This document shows positions 9,312 to 20,677 of a DNA stretch of 64,000 bases, piece by piece; within the stretch, counting starts at the first letter, position 1, and each line of letters starts with the position of its first letter. The position numbers and the translations under genes are program-made. The notes beneath the pieces were generated by a model. That model made no database searches. It was not told the DNA's origin and was given only the letters and a program-made list of their open reading frames with translations. Source of the DNA: Candidatus Dojkabacteria bacterium (GTDB lineage Bacteria; Patescibacteriota; Dojkabacteria; JAHIVN01); NCBI GenBank assembly GCA_016932045.1, contig JAFGDO010000005.1, positions 36,739 through 100,738 of the forward strand, read 5' to 3'.

Positions 9312-12300
9312 CTACCCCCCTAGCGGAGATTTAGGTGTAGATTCTCTTTTACTCGGAATGGATTTAAAAGGAGAAGTGTACATCCTTCCTTTAGATTCAG
9401 TAGTCAATGCTTCCCCAGTTGGATCAACAAACAAATCCTGACTTACTCCCTTCGCCCTTGTCACACTCATCTGTAAAAGATTCTTTTTAATTCTGCCTTT
9501 AAACTCATTCTTTTGAGCTTCTGACGGGAATATATAGCCTTGTCTACCAACAGATAGATCATATTCTCCCGGTTCTGCAATAAATCCAAACCTACCTTTT
9601 TTGTCGCTCACTTGTAAATCAACGGGTTCATGTGTTGCAAGGTCAAATAGTCGAACAAATGAGGAGGCTACAGGTTCCTTGGATTTAGAATCTAGTACGA
9701 TCCCCCAAGATCTAACTCTTAAAAACTTTGCAATAATATCACTTATAGGAATTAGCAGAGAAAACAACACAAAACCTAGATTTATAACACCTAGATTAAA
9801 AACCAGATTAAACACTGAAACACCAAAACCCATATAGAATAATATTTTAACGATACCTCTTGCACTTCTATTAAAGAACTTTTTAATTGTATGTATGGAT
9901 CTAGAAAAATCTCCCAGCTTCTTTGATTCAAGCTCAAAATCAAGCGTAATCCTTTGTACATGTTTGCCTTTTATCCCTAGCTTCTTGGTTACCTTCTTAT
10001 AGTCACTATGGACAACCTCAATGCTATAGTCACCCGGATCTAGAACTATGCCATATCTTCCAGAAAGATCACTAACACTTTGTGTAGCTAAAGATCCATT
10101 ACTTGTATATGCTCTAACAACAGCAAACGCTACTGGTTTTTTGCTAAATGAATCCAAAGTTACCCCCCAAGCTTTTCTTCTTACTACACCTAGAAGAATC
10201 CCAATCGTATTGAAAAATACTCCTGCATTAAAAATATTAGTACCGAGTGTAAGAAGAAGATAAAACAAACCTATCATCCCAGCAGTCACAAACGATCCAC
10301 CTGTAAAGCCCCGTAATATTATTTCATTTTCTTCAAAAAACTCCTTTACAATATCAAGAATTGATGGTGTTGAGCTACTATCCGTTGGGTCACTTTCTCC
10401 TTCGTCTAACTTACCATTGCCATTCATATCTTCTTCTCCATCTTTGTACCCATCATCATCACTATCAGGATCATTCGGATCGGTTTTTCTGCCCTCACCG
10501 TAAGCACCAAGTATCTCAGTATAGTCACTCAAGCCATCAGAGTCTGAGTCAGAACTTAACGGGTCTGTATGATAGATATTAACCTCATCACCATCGCTTA
10601 TACCATCTCCATCACTATCACTACTATAAGGATCTGTACCCAATTCTATCTCAGTTCTGTTATCTAATCCGTCCCCGTCCTCATCTCCTTCGCCAGTTAA
10701 AGGAATACGACCATCCTCTCCCGGATCATTCGGATTATTCGGGTCAGTGCCGTATTTCTTCACCTCATCCCCATCGGAAAGTCCGTCATCATCACTATCA
10801 CTGTCATTCGGGTCTGTTCCGTGTTCCTTCACTTCTTCTCCGTCATTTATCCCATCATCATCTGTATCACTATCACATGGATCTGTCCCGTTCTCATATT
10901 CCTCCTTGTTTGTCAGTCCGTCACTATCCGGATCACCTCCACTATCGGGGACTGTTGATGATACACAATCATATCTGTCCTCCCACTCATCCGGTATCCC
11001 ATCCCCATCTGTATCTTCTTTCCCATCTACAAGCGGTGTAGCCGGTGCATATGCACAATTCACTGCATAGTCACATATCCCTCCTCCATCACAACTACCC
11101 TGACAACTATAATCTCCTCCCACGTTATACCTATTGTCTCCACTCCCTGAACTTCCTCTCCATCCGCTACCACATAAACTCCCCCCACTACATGTTCCTT
11201 GTGAACATCCTGTTCCTACTCCACAGTTAACCTTCTCCTGTCCTACTATGAAACTACAATTACTTATATAATCACACCTATACTGATCTCTTATCCTTTC
11301 ACACAGTCCATTACACCTCCAGCTCCCACTCCCGCACAACGCTGTCCCTTCCTTCCCGCAATCATCGGTTAATGTGTATCCTACACTTGCATACACATTC
11401 TCACTTCCTGCTCCTGTGTTATCTGTTCTACAGCTTCCTGCACCTCCACACGCCCGGTAATACTTCTTCCCTGTGCATTTTCCACTCTCGCATGTCTCTA
11501 TATATTCACAATTATTACTGCTGCTTGGTGCCTCATATGGCATTGTTCCTCCTCCTATCTGATTCTTCCCTACATTCCCATCAGGTACATCTTTCCCCTC
11601 TTCTTCGTAATGGTCACTTGTATCGCTATCACATACTCCCGCTCCTTCACACTCTGCATACCTTTGTGTATATGTACATCCTCCTAGAGTAGAGTAGTAA
11701 TTAATTATTCCTTCACAACTTGTCCTTTCCATAGCATCTGCTTCTCCGCAGTCTCCTTTCAATACCTTTCCTGCAGTTGCAAATACGTCCTCTGTTGCTG
11801 CTCCTGTGTTGTCTGTTCTACAGCTTCCTCCTCCGCTGCAGGCTCGGTAGTATTTCGTCGCACTGCATCCTCCTGCTCCACAAGTCTCTATATACTGACA
11901 ATTATTACTGCTGCTTGGTACTTCATATGGCACACTCCCACCTCCTGTCTGACTCTTCGCTACATTTCCATCAGGCACATTCCCCACTTCCTCTGTATAA
12001 TAGTCACTCGCATCACTATCACAAGTCCCGGCTCCATCACACTCCGCATACCTTTGCGCATATGTACAACTACCTTGACTTGAGTAGTAGTTTGTTCCTC
12101 CGCTACAATTTGTTCCTACTGTCCCATCTGTCTCACTACAATCATTTGTTAATATCTTTCCTGCTCCTGCTGTCACCCCTTCACTTGCTGCTCCTGTGTT
12201 ATCTGTTCTGCAGCTACCTGTCCCTCCGCATGCCCGGTAATATTTTACCGCTCCGCAATCCCCGCTATCACAATCTTCTACATACTGACAGTTATTACTG

Positions 12301-15300
12301 CTGCTTGGTACCTCATATGGCGTACTACTACCTCCACTTTGACCCTTTGCTACATTTCCATTTGGTACATTTAAGCCCACTTCTTCATAATAGTCACTTG
12401 CATCACTATCACATGTTCCTGCTCCATCACACTCCGCATACCTTTGCGTATAAGTACAACTCCCTGCTGCTGAGTAATAATTCACTCCTGCACATGATAA
12501 TGCCGGACTCGATGCATCCACCTCACTTCCTCCACTACATACTTTCATCTGACTCACATTTGCTGTAGCGTCATTTGTGTCACATGCTCCAGCTCCGTCA
12601 CAGTTACCATCCGGTCCTCTTCTTACACATGAACTGTCACAGCTTGTCCACCCTGCCGTGCACTCATTATGCGGATCCTGATTATCTGCTATTAAGTCAC
12701 ATGCTAAATCTCCATCACTACATGAGTAGCATGTCCCACATGCCCCTTTTTCTCCTCCTCCATATATCCCACATGCTCCTGACCCATTGCATGTTCCTGT
12801 TCCACATTCTGTTGCTCCACATTCATTATCTATATCCTGTCCGTTCGGCACATTTGTACACGTTCCTACCGATCCTGTTACATCACAGGCTCTGCATGTA
12901 CTTGTACATGTGCTATTACAACATACTCCATCTACACAGTTCCCTGACGAACACTCACTCCCTGCACTACATCCTTGTCCATTTACCAACTTACATGTCC
13001 CTGTACTTTCACATTCATAATTTGCTGGACAACTGTTCTGCCCTGAGGTGTAACATACTTCTCCTATTGTATCGTAATTCCCAGCCGCTCCTCCTTCAGG
13101 ACATGCCTTCTTGCATCCTGCTGATCCGCATACTCCTCCTCCCGCCTGCCCATTCTCTATGTTTTGTGCTGCACATTCCTGTACCTGTGTTCTGCATGCA
13201 CTTGCTCCATCACACATCCCTGGCGTGGTTGCTGACTTTAGTCTGCATGATAGGGGATTGCCTGCTCCCCATCCGTATATGTATCCTGTACAGTTTCTTT
13301 CTACACACTCGTCCTCCGGATCTGTCCCTGCCGCATGTGCGGTACATATCCCTTCACTTCCGCCTATGTTACATGCTTCGCATGTAACGGCACATGTCGT
13401 ATTACAACAGTACCCGTCTATACAATTTCCTGATGTACAGTCGCTTCCTAGCTGAATAATAACCTTTCCGCTTTCTTCTGGATCTCCGGCGACACCACGG
13501 TCAGGATCCGTACCTACTCCCTGTTGAGTAGTACCACTTGCTCCAGTTGGGTGCACATAACCTGATCCAGCACCACCACCCCCTCCAGCAGCAATGCTAG
13601 TGCCACCACCACCTCCTCCACCATAGTAACCACCACCACCACCTCCTCCTCCACAAAATGTACCAGTCCCTCCTGCACCGCCAACCCCTATAGCACCTGG
13701 TAATCCATTTCCTCCACCAGCGCCACCTACTGACTGAGTGCCACCATCTCCACCAAGTGTTCCTCCTTCAGAATTCTGCCCGTCTCCCCCTGTTGTCCCT
13801 CCTCCAATTCCACCATCGCCTCCTTTTCTATCGTAGGCAGCAGTTCCATCTTCAGACCCGCCGCCGCCACCACCACCCGCAATAATTAAAGAAACTCCAC
13901 TCCTACTAATTTCAGACCTCCCACCCCCACCTCCACCATCACCACCAGCAGCACTGGGATCACCGCCTTCTCCTCCGCCTCCATACCCTCCACCTCCACC
14001 AGCATTCCCTGTTTTACCAGCTCCACCAACAACAATAACTAATGTATCACCAGGTGATACCGGAATAATTCCTTGTGAGAACCCAGCCTCTTCACCATAT
14101 CCAGGATTATGATCATAATATGAAAAACCAGTTCCTCCGCCTGCTCCCCACATCTTTACTTTAACACTTGTAACTCCAGATGGAATTACATAGTTCTGTC
14201 CAGCACCTGTATAATTAAAAGTTAACGTATCACAAACCATCCCATTTTGCATTGTGCATACACTCGGTTCACCTCCACAATCCCATCCTGTCTCGTTAGT
14301 ACAAGTAGAAGAACACCCATCTCCATTTAGAGTCCCACCATCATCACACTCCTCAGTTCCTACCACAATCCCGTCCCCGCAGATCTCGGTACAACTACTA
14401 GGTTCACTGCTACAGTTCCATCCACTTTCAATTGTACATACTGAAGAACATCCGTCTCCACCTCCTGTCCCTCCGTCATCACATTCTTCGTCAATCTGGA
14501 TAACACCATCTCCACAATTAAAAGTTGAGGTGCATGTACCTTCGCTTCCCGGAACATCACATGCTTCATTCACTCCGTTGCATAATGTATCACAGCAGTA
14601 TCCGTCAACACAGTAATCAGATGTGCATCTTGATTCAATAATTATTACTCTTCCATTTTGTTCTGGACTCCCAGCTGTCCCTCTATATGGATCAGTTCCA
14701 ACTCCTCTTATGATGGTACCATTTAATGTATAACTTGTATTTAAATAACTTGAACCGCCACCTCCTCCTGCTCCATAGTGATCGTGCCCACCCCCACCCC
14801 CTCCGTAATATCCGCCTCCACCGCCCCCTCCCGGACCCCATCCGGTAGAAGCTGCTCCAATTCCTCCAGTTAGATATCCTCCATTTCCTCCTCCCGTTGC
14901 TCCTCCAGTCCCACCAGCAGACTGAGTACCCCCGGTTCCACCATACGCAATATCAATAGCATCACAATTATCTTCACCATCTTCTCCAGTTGAACCTCCT
15001 CCATCTCCTCCATCACCTGCACATGAGTTCGGAGAGGACCCTCCTCCTCCTCCTGCTCCTATTATCAGTGGAGTTCCATCACTCTTCTCGAGTGCCGATC
15101 TTCCTCCTCCTCCTCCTGCTATCATTCCTTGACTTCCTGTACCTCCATTACCACCACCTCCCCATCCTCCAGTAGGCTTTGTACCAGCTCCCCCAGCTAT
15201 TATAGTAATCGTCTCTCCGGGCGTTACATTGACATCTGCATCAGAGAATCCGCCTCTGCCACCAGTACACGTTCCAGCAAGACATGTTCCTTTATGTCCA

Positions 15301-17249
15301 CCTGCTCCCCACAACTTTACATGTACCCGATTAACACCTGCAGGTACTGTATAATATTGTTCTGAACCTGTATATTCATATACATCATAGCTGCATGACA
15401 TACCATTTGGTAATGTACATATTGTAGGTTCTCCACTACAATCCCATCCACCTTCCAGTGTACAAGTAGATGAACATCCATCTCCATTACTCATATTCCC
15501 ATCATCACAGGCTTCAGTTCCCTGAACTAATCCATCTCCACAAGCTATGACAGAATAGACTAAACTTACACTGTCAAGCGTTGGAGTGCCTGAACCATCT
15601 GAAATCAGGATAATTCTGTAATAAAAGTTAGCACTAGTCCATCCAAGAGAAGAAATATCTATTGAATTACTACCAGAAGAAAGTGAATTAGTACCATCAA
15701 CAACACCACTTGAGTTATACCACGTAGAAGTATCCTGACTAAATTGTACAGTTGCAGAAGTACCAGCAGGTAGAGTAGTAAGATTATATTCAAAAGAATC
15801 AATTGAGGTTATATCTGTCTCCCCTGCAAGCAAGTTTACAGATTGAATAATTGGAGTTTTAGTATAGTAAACACCGGATGCACCATGCCCCTTGCCTCCA
15901 CCCCAATCACATCCACCCGTCATAAAAGCTCCGCTGTAATCCTTCGTACCAGAACCTCCATAAGCATTATAAGTAATAAATAATGTTCCACCTGCACCTC
16001 CTCCACCATCACCTGGACAGTCTTTTGTCCCAGTACAACCAGTACCTCCAGCTCCACTTTCTCCGGAAACATTTAATGCTCCATTATTTGTCAACTGGGG
16101 AGTAACAATATAGATAATCCCTCCTCCATCTCCACCATATCCACCTTGGTATATATCATCTCCTCCTCCTCCTCCTCCTCCTGAGCCAAGAAAAAGTTTA
16201 TAAAGACTCGCGTATGAACTTCCTCCTGTTCCACCAACGCGCACCGTTCCTCCAACTATACTTGTAGTTGACTCCCCTGTAGTCCCAGTTCCATTATATC
16301 CACCACCTCCACCTCCTGCTCCACCATGACAACCAACAGAAGATCCCCCCCCAGAAGGATCCCCCTCGCCAGCACCTCCTCCACCATCATTATTTGCAGT
16401 CGTCTGACTCGAGGAACCACCAAATGGCCCCAACCCTGTATATCCTAAGTTATCTCTAGGACCACGTGCTCCCCCAGGGAACCCCAACCCCGATACACTT
16501 ATCTCACCACCCGACTGAATATTCACATTTCCCGTTGCACGAAATACTAGTACTCCTCCTCGCCCTGTGCCATCATCATACAAAGGCGTTGTCATAACAC
16601 CCCCACTTTGAACTGTAACATTCGTATACTGAGGAACACGAATTACTTGGCATCTATTTGTTCCACTACCGGAATATGCATATGTCGTGCCTCCAGCCCA
16701 TAAAATGGTATTACCGGCAACAATAACATTCTTTTTAAACTCAGATTCTCCCGCATTAGTACCTTTCATCTGAATTATAAGAATTTCATCACCAGTTGAA
16801 AATCCAGTCGCATCACCTACTGTCATTGATGTTGTACCCACGGGATAATCAGAAGTTATATGTGTATAAAGATTTGTTTCCGGATAGGCTGTTGATATAG
16901 TTGTAGCGCCATCCGTACCATCGCCTTCATCCATATAGGTAATATCATTTATCCGTGCTTGCCCAGCAGCCAAAACATAGTTCCAAGAATTAGAGGCATC
17001 AATTTTTGAAGCGTCGGCATAATCATCTGAAACAGAGGCTACTGCAGCTTCCGTGACCTCGATCTCTTCGGTCACAGATCTAGTCATAACTATAGTCAAT
17101 CCAATGGCCCCAAGAATTAGAAAGGAGGCAAAAAAAAGTAACGGCACTCTTCTTTCCTTATCATTTGCCTTATTTAGCATATTTTTGAGCGTTTTCCTGA
17201 GAGAATTACTCATTACATGTGCGTCTAAATCCTGAGAATAATTATCCAT
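9312..17249 (-). CDS. Giant (2645 aa) membrane-anchored repetitive surface protein. Its architecture is: N-terminal TM anchor; Gly-rich beta-solenoid-like regions; Myxococcus-type Cys-rich repeats (CGDG..GEECDDGN..GDGCS..C); CxxGxCC Cys-knots; three 130-aa Cys-rich tandem repeats; thrombospondin-type-3 Asp-rich Ca-binding repeats; and a C-terminal pair of TM segments each followed by a CarboxypepD_reg/transthyretin-like beta-sandwich.
   Basis: A single uninterrupted 7.9 kb ORF. The domain calls come from motifs read in the translation: [27 protein letters not shown] (Myxococcus-type repeat), VKLWGAGG / VKMWGAGGG Gly-rich modules, DSDGDG..DGEE..GTDP (TSP3-type repeats) and WGVTLDS...[16 protein letters not shown] (CarboxypepD_reg-like). 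The plus-strand ORFs in this interval are His/Leu/Ser-rich antisense artefacts. Confidence 0.8.
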   Translation of the reverse strand: MDNYSQDLDAHVMSNSLRKTLKNMLNKANDKERRVPLLFFASFLILGAIGLTIVMTRSVTEEIEVTEAAVASVSDDYADASKIDASNSWNYVLAAGQARINDITYMDEGDGTDGATTISTAYPETNLYTHITSDYPVGTTSMTVGDATGFSTGDEILIIQMKGTNAGESEFKKNVIVAGNTILWAGGTTYAYSGSGTNRCQVIRVPQYTNVTVQSGGVMTTPLYDDGTGRGGVLVFRATGNVNIQSGGEISVSGLGFPGGARGPRDNLGYTGLGPFGGSSSQTTANNDGGGGAGEGDPSGGGSSVGCHGGAGGGGGGYNGTGTTGESTTSIVGGTVRVGGTGGSSYASLYKLFLGSGGGGGGGDDIYQGGYGGDGGGIIYIVTPQLTNNGALNVSGESGAGGTGCTGTKDCPGDGGGGAGGTLFITYNAYGGSGTKDYSGAFMTGGCDWGGGKGHGASGVYYTKTPIIQSVNLLAGETDITSIDSFEYNLTTLPAGTSATVQFSQDTSTWYNSSGVVDGTNSLSSGSNSIDISSLGWTSANFYYRIILISDGSGTPTLDSVSLVYSVIACGDGLVQGTEACDDGNMSNGDGCSSTCTLEGGWDCSGEPTICTLPNGMSCSYDVYEYTGSEQYYTVPAGVNRVHVKLWGAGGHKGTCLAGTCTGGRGGFSDADVNVTPGETITIIAGGAGTKPTGGWGGGGNGGTGSQGMIAGGGGGRSALEKSDGTPLIIGAGGGGGSSPNSCAGDGGDGGGSTGEDGEDNCDAIDIAYGGTGGTQSAGGTGGATGGGNGGYLTGGIGAASTGWGPGGGGGGGYYGGGGGGHDHYGAGGGGGSSYLNTSYTLNGTIIRGVGTDPYRGTAGSPEQNGRVIIIESRCTSDYCVDGYCCDTLCNGVNEACDVPGSEGTCTSTFNCGDGVIQIDEECDDGGTGGGDGCSSVCTIESGWNCSSEPSSCTEICGDGIVVGTEECDDGGTLNGDGCSSTCTNETGWDCGGEPSVCTMQNGMVCDTLTFNYTGAGQNYVIPSGVTSVKVKMWGAGGGTGFSYYDHNPGYGEEAGFSQGIIPVSPGDTLVIVVGGAGKTGNAGGGGGYGGGGEGGDPSAAGGDGGGGGGRSEISRSGVSLIIAGGGGGGGSEDGTAAYDRKGGDGGIGGGTTGGDGQNSEGGTLGGDGGTQSVGGAGGGNGLPGAIGVGGAGGTGTFCGGGGGGGGYYGGGGGGGTSIAAGGGGGAGSGYVHPTGASGTTQQGVGTDPDRGVAGDPEESGKVIIQLGSDCTSGNCIDGYCCNTTCAVTCEACNIGGSEGICTAHAAGTDPEDECVERNCTGYIYGWGAGNPLSCRLKSATTPGMCDGASACRTQVQECAAQNIENGQAGGGVCGSAGCKKACPEGGAAGNYDTIGEVCYTSGQNSCPANYECESTGTCKLVNGQGCSAGSECSSGNCVDGVCCNSTCTSTCRACDVTGSVGTCTNVPNGQDIDNECGATECGTGTCNGSGACGIYGGGEKGACGTCYSCSDGDLACDLIADNQDPHNECTAGWTSCDSSCVRRGPDGNCDGAGACDTNDATANVSQMKVCSGGSEVDASSPALSCAGVNYYSAAGSCTYTQRYAECDGAGTCDSDASDYYEEVGLNVPNGNVAKGQSGGSSTPYEVPSSSNNCQYVEDCDSGDCGAVKYYRACGGTGSCRTDNTGAASEGVTAGAGKILTNDCSETDGTVGTNCSGGTNYYSSQGSCTYAQRYAECDGAGTCDSDASDYYTEEVGNVPDGNVAKSQTGGGSVPYEVPSSSNNCQYIETCGAGGCSATKYYRACSGGGSCRTDNTGAATEDVFATAGKVLKGDCGEADAMERTSCEGIINYYSTLGGCTYTQRYAECEGAGVCDSDTSDHYEEEGKDVPDGNVGKNQIGGGTMPYEAPSSSNNCEYIETCESGKCTGKKYYRACGGAGSCRTDNTGAGSENVYASVGYTLTDDCGKEGTALCGSGSWRCNGLCERIRDQYRCDYISNCSFIVGQEKVNCGVGTGCSQGTCSGGSLCGSGWRGSSGSGDNRYNVGGDYSCQGSCDGGGICDYAVNCAYAPATPLVDGKEDTDGDGIPDEWEDRYDCVSSTVPDSGGDPDSDGLTNKEEYENGTDPCDSDTDDDGINDGEEVKEHGTDPNDSDSDDDGLSDGDEVKKYGTDPNNPNDPGEDGRIPLTGEGDEDGDGLDNRTEIELGTDPYSSDSDGDGISDGDEVNIYHTDPLSSDSDSDGLSDYTEILGAYGEGRKTDPNDPDSDDDGYKDGEEDMNGNGKLDEGESDPTDSSSTPSILDIVKEFFEENEIILRGFTGGSFVTAGMIGLFYLLLTLGTNIFNAGVFFNTIGILLGVVRRKAWGVTLDSFSKKPVAFAVVRAYTSNGSLATQSVSDLSGRYGIVLDPGDYSIEVVHSDYKKVTKKLGIKGKHVQRITLDFELESKKLGDFSRSIHTIKKFFNRSARGIVKILFYMGFGVSVFNLVFNLGVINLGFVLFSLLIPISDIIAKFLRVRSWGIVLDSKSKEPVASSFVRLFDLATHEPVDLQVSDKKGRFGFIAEPGEYDLSVGRQGYIFPSEAQKNEFKGRIKKNLLQMSVTRAKGVSQDLFVDPTGEALTTESKGRMYTSPFKSIPSKRESTPKSPLGG
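10380..11030. repeat. Thrombospondin type-3-like Asp-rich calcium-binding repeats (coding, within the giant gene)
   Basis: Eight or more repeats of D.D.DG..D..E..GTDP..(S)DSD.DG in the translation. Confidence 0.65.
11400..12600. repeat. Three near-identical tandem repeats of about 390 nt (about 130 aa each, Cys-rich) inside the giant gene
   Basis: The string tgctcctgtgtt(a/g)tctgttct(a/g)cagct recurs at 11411, 11799 and 12188 (period about 388-389 nt). The flanking sequence is highly similar over hundreds of nt, and the protein repeats are [11 protein letters not shown]...SCRTDNTGA units. Confidence 0.8.
13460..15420. repeat. Two divergent copies (about 780 nt each) of a Gly-rich module (Y.TG..Q.Y.VP.GV..V.VK.WGAGGG ... 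GVGTDP.RG.AG.PE..G.VII) within the giant gene
   Basis: Protein-level duplication: one copy starts [16 protein letters not shown] and the other starts [16 protein letters not shown], with the same motif order in each. Poly-Gly tracts of this kind are encoded by GGN runs, which appear antisense as 'ccacc' strings. Confidence 0.65.
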
Positions 17250-17628
17250 TTCCTCCCAAAAAATATTTATTAATTCTGCTCCTTATCTGCAATCATTGTA
17301 AGGAATTTAGACAATAAAATCAAAATTATTAAACTAATGTAAATCATTAAAAAGATACTAGAGCTCTTTCTCTCTGCTCCTAATGATAGTGAAAATTAGG
17401 GGAATGCTCTGATTTCTTTCTCTAATAATCACAAATAATTAGGCATCATACTAATATCTAATTCTTTACTGCTTAGATCTAGTGAAGAATTCCGCATTAG
17501 CTAATGGCAGATTGGGTTAGATTGTAATTTTATTTATAAGTTATTGTAGCCTGACTTCTAGATAAAGGCAAACTCCTTCCCGAAGATTTCTATTGAATTT
17601 TTACAAAAAGAATACTAAGATTCTCACT

Positions 17629-18477
17629 ATGATTAAAAGTCTTCAAATTAACAAAATTGAAAAGGACGCATTTGGAAGAATTTATGGTATCTTGGTATTA
17701 AATAAACCTCCCGGAATCACTTCACATGGCCTTGTCGATAGAGTAAGGAAAAAGTACAAAACAAGAAGAGTAGGGCACGCTGGAGCATTAGATCCCTTTG
17801 CAACAGGTATAATGGTTATCCTCATTGGAAAAGCAACAAAACTTTCACAGCACTTTCTAAACTTAGATAAAGAATACGATTTTTCTGTTCTTCTTGGCAT
17901 TTCAACCGACACTCAAGATCCAGAGGGAAAAGTAACGAAAATACAAAATGAGATCGCAGTTACAAAAGCCCAAATTAAAAAAGTACTTGAATCATTTAAA
18001 GAGAACTATGAACAGACAATGCCTATTTTTAGTTCGATAAAAATACATGGAACGCGTCTGCGTGAATTAGCTCATGCTTCAGACAGGATTGAAAAGAAGG
18101 AAAAAAAGCACAAAACTTATGCAAAGTTCCTGATTAATCCAAGTACAAAAATCTATAAGAAGCTTGAAAACCAAGATAAACTTAAAAATAAAGTCATAGA
18201 GGTGGAACTACCAACCAGGAAAACCAAGATCATTGATATTAAATTAGAAGATATAAGCGAAATAAAGGGTAAGAATTTATCTCTAAGAAATATAAAGATC
18301 GATCCCAGTTTGGAATTTAAATCCATTGGTATCAAAGCAAAGGTATCAAAAGGGACTTATATACGACAACTTGCAGAAGATATTGGAAAAAGACTAGGAG
18401 ATATACCTGCAATGTTGTACACACTAGATAGAACTAGGGTAGGAACAATTACGAAGAAAGATGTTAATGAGTTGTAG
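17629..18477 (+). CDS. truB: tRNA pseudouridine(55) synthase TruB, with a Lys-rich internal insertion
   Basis: GILVLNKPPGITSHGLVDRVRK...RVGHAGALDPFATGIMVILIGKATKL is the TruB catalytic-Asp motif. The track ORF begins at 17593; the ATG at 17629 gives a more typical N-terminus. Confidence 0.8.
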   Translation: MIKSLQINKIEKDAFGRIYGILVLNKPPGITSHGLVDRVRKKYKTRRVGHAGALDPFATGIMVILIGKATKLSQHFLNLDKEYDFSVLLGISTDTQDPEGKVTKIQNEIAVTKAQIKKVLESFKENYEQTMPIFSSIKIHGTRLRELAHASDRIEKKEKKHKTYAKFLINPSTKIYKKLENQDKLKNKVIEVELPTRKTKIIDIKLEDISEIKGKNLSLRNIKIDPSLEFKSIGIKAKVSKGTYIRQLAEDIGKRLGDIPAMLYTLDRTRVGTITKKDVNEL

Positions 18478-18478
18478 G

Positions 18479-20218
18479 TTATTTCACTTTGTCCGCTAAT
18501 GAGTACAGCTCTTTAGCGGAGTAACCCATAGCATAGAAAAGAGAAGACATCATTAATCTTATAAAAACTACTATGCTGCCACATAAAAGTAAAACACCAA
18601 CTACTCGTGAAAGAAACATTTCCTGACCAGTCACAGCCAGTACATCTCCATAGGATACAGGATCGTTTGATATTACAATGTCACTTGCATATCTTGGCAA
18701 GACTCTATAAGAATCTTCTCCATATTGAGAAACTATTCCTACAATACCCGCGTACTGTCCCTTTTTCTTTGACGGCGTTTCGATCCCTGTTGAAGATTTA
18801 ACTAATATTTTTATCTTACCCGATCCATCATCCACATAAAATGTACTTCCAGAAGTCTCTACTATTTCACCAGTTGTAAAAACTAAAATACCCTCTGTCT
18901 TTTCACCCACGTCTCCAGTCTTATAGTGTCCGGGCTTAACTGAATTATCTGACGAAACTTTTTTAATGGCATGATTATTATCTATGTACAAACGGCTCTC
19001 ACCTTTCACTTCTTTTACCTCTCCAATAACTTTCAGCTTATCGCCAACAATACTATCAGCCCAGAATTCTTCTTCCGATAAATATAGCTGTACACCCCCA
19101 CTTTCATCTTGAACATAGGAAATTTTTGATCCTAACTTTCCAAGTTCAACTGTTACTATACCTTCAATACAAACCGTTTCTTCTAAATCTTTTCTCCTCG
19201 CCTGTAAAACAGACAGCAACTCTGACCCATAAAACAAATCGTGAGGATCAACGTATTCATTTAACTTTCCCTTAGTAGGCTTTTGTGTTTGAAGAATTTC
19301 TGTTAAATAACATGTTCCATCCCATTCTCTCATATTGCTTAAACCTTTCGTGGTTTCTGAATATATAAAGATATCAACTTCTTCCTCATTCGGATCATAC
19401 AAAGTTAAAGTTTCTCCGCTGTTATTTAATGATAAAGATAAATTTTCTGACTCAAGTACTAAATAAGAACCTCCGTTGACGAAAACACCCTCAAGCGTTT
19501 GTTTCCCCGAGTTATCAGAGATTATCCAGTCTATTAAATTTACGTTTTGATCTCCACAGTTATATAATTCTAACCATTCATTATCAGAGGTATCAGACTG
19601 AGGAGAAGAGTATACTTCACTTAAGATTACCGAATGAATATAGACCTCCTCCGGCTTTTCCTCATTTTCTTGTCCCGGAGTTACTTTATAATCATTTCTC
19701 CAATTCCGATCCACATCAATTGAAAAAGATTGCCCACTAGGAGCTTCTTCCCAGAAAAAAGAATCTTCATAATCTCCACAAGTTAACTCGGCTGAATCTT
19801 CAGTATTTTTCATACCTATAGCCAACTCGATTACTTGGAAATCTTCATTTACATTATCTCCCCATTGTCCACTCCCATCTCCCCAGCGTTCCTCAAATGA
19901 ACAACCATCATTGTCTTTATCTAGAAGATCCTTAGTAACAACCATATAGCTTTCACCATCTATAAAAATATCCTTAGGAAATGGTATAGAGTCAACCTCA
20001 CATCCGAAAAGGTCGATAGTTTCTTCAAATTCATTGTATATTTCAATCCACTCATAATCAGTATCACTTCCTTCAGGGTTTGGCATAATCTCATTTAGCC
20101 GTAGAAACGAAAAATCTATTTCAAATTCACTTTCTTGCGCGGAAGTCTTCTCCAGAAGAAACGCAGGGGATAAGTATACGAAAACAAAGGTTATAATAAG
20201 GTAAAGACATTTCCTCAT
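18479..20218 (-). CDS. Secreted/anchored protein with two lamin-tail domains (LTD), an OB-fold-like domain and a C-terminal TM helix
   Basis: Signal peptide MRKCLYLIITFVFVYLSPAFLL. LTD motifs are LRLNEIMPNPEGSDTDYEWIEIYN and VILSEVYSSPQSDTSDNEWLELYNCG. The sequence ends in a hydrophobic helix (VVGVLLLCGSIVVFIRL). Confidence 0.65.
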   Translation of the reverse strand: MRKCLYLIITFVFVYLSPAFLLEKTSAQESEFEIDFSFLRLNEIMPNPEGSDTDYEWIEIYNEFEETIDLFGCEVDSIPFPKDIFIDGESYMVVTKDLLDKDNDGCSFEERWGDGSGQWGDNVNEDFQVIELAIGMKNTEDSAELTCGDYEDSFFWEEAPSGQSFSIDVDRNWRNDYKVTPGQENEEKPEEVYIHSVILSEVYSSPQSDTSDNEWLELYNCGDQNVNLIDWIISDNSGKQTLEGVFVNGGSYLVLESENLSLSLNNSGETLTLYDPNEEEVDIFIYSETTKGLSNMREWDGTCYLTEILQTQKPTKGKLNEYVDPHDLFYGSELLSVLQARRKDLEETVCIEGIVTVELGKLGSKISYVQDESGGVQLYLSEEEFWADSIVGDKLKVIGEVKEVKGESRLYIDNNHAIKKVSSDNSVKPGHYKTGDVGEKTEGILVFTTGEIVETSGSTFYVDDGSGKIKILVKSSTGIETPSKKKGQYAGIVGIVSQYGEDSYRVLPRYASDIVISNDPVSYGDVLAVTGQEMFLSRVVGVLLLCGSIVVFIRLMMSSLFYAMGYSAKELYSLADKVK

Positions 20219-20348
20219 TAATAATATTATTATATATAAAATAGAAATTGCTTCTATAATATATATAATTTAATCCTATGTCAAGCGTAAGGATTGAAAA
20301 TGCAACCAGGAAATATCTTAATTTGAAACAAATATTAAAGTCTCCTTT

Positions 20349-20594
20349 CTATCTTTCCTCACTTTGCAGCTTTTGCAATAACCACTCAAACTGCTCCCTA
20401 AATTTTCTCATCTCTTCTCTGATCAGATTAAAATCATTTTTTATTTCCTCAAGTTTTGAATACATCATATCAAGTCTCTGATTTCCATCGGGAAGTTCAT
20501 CTTTTTGACGTCTATCAAGAGACAAATCCTCCCGAAGTAATCTTTCCAAGTCATTTAATTTGTTCCTAAATTCCCTAACTTCATTTTGATCCAT
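20349..20594 (-). CDS. Small coiled-coil hypothetical protein
   Basis: 81-aa ORF rich in charged heptad-like sequence. It sits between prfB and the LTD gene on the same strand. There is no recognisable motif. Confidence 0.3.
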   Translation of the reverse strand: MDQNEVREFRNKLNDLERLLREDLSLDRRQKDELPDGNQRLDMMYSKLEEIKNDFNLIREEMRKFREQFEWLLQKLQSEER

Positions 20595-20677
20595 TACGGA
20601 AGTATAATAAGTAAAATAAAAGTATTACTTAAATCAAACAATTCTACTCTGTATGCAGTTTGTGATATGCTTCAACA

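Noticed and set aside
9601-15365. About 15 plus-strand ORFs (60-270 aa) in the track, overlapping the giant gene (e.g. 11777-12568, 12575-13387)
   Set aside because: Their translations are His/Leu/Ser/Pro-rich low-complexity strings. That is exactly what antisense reading of Gly/Cys/Asp-rich codons (GGN/TGY/GAY) produces. They are fully contained within a long ORF with clear domain structure on the other strand.
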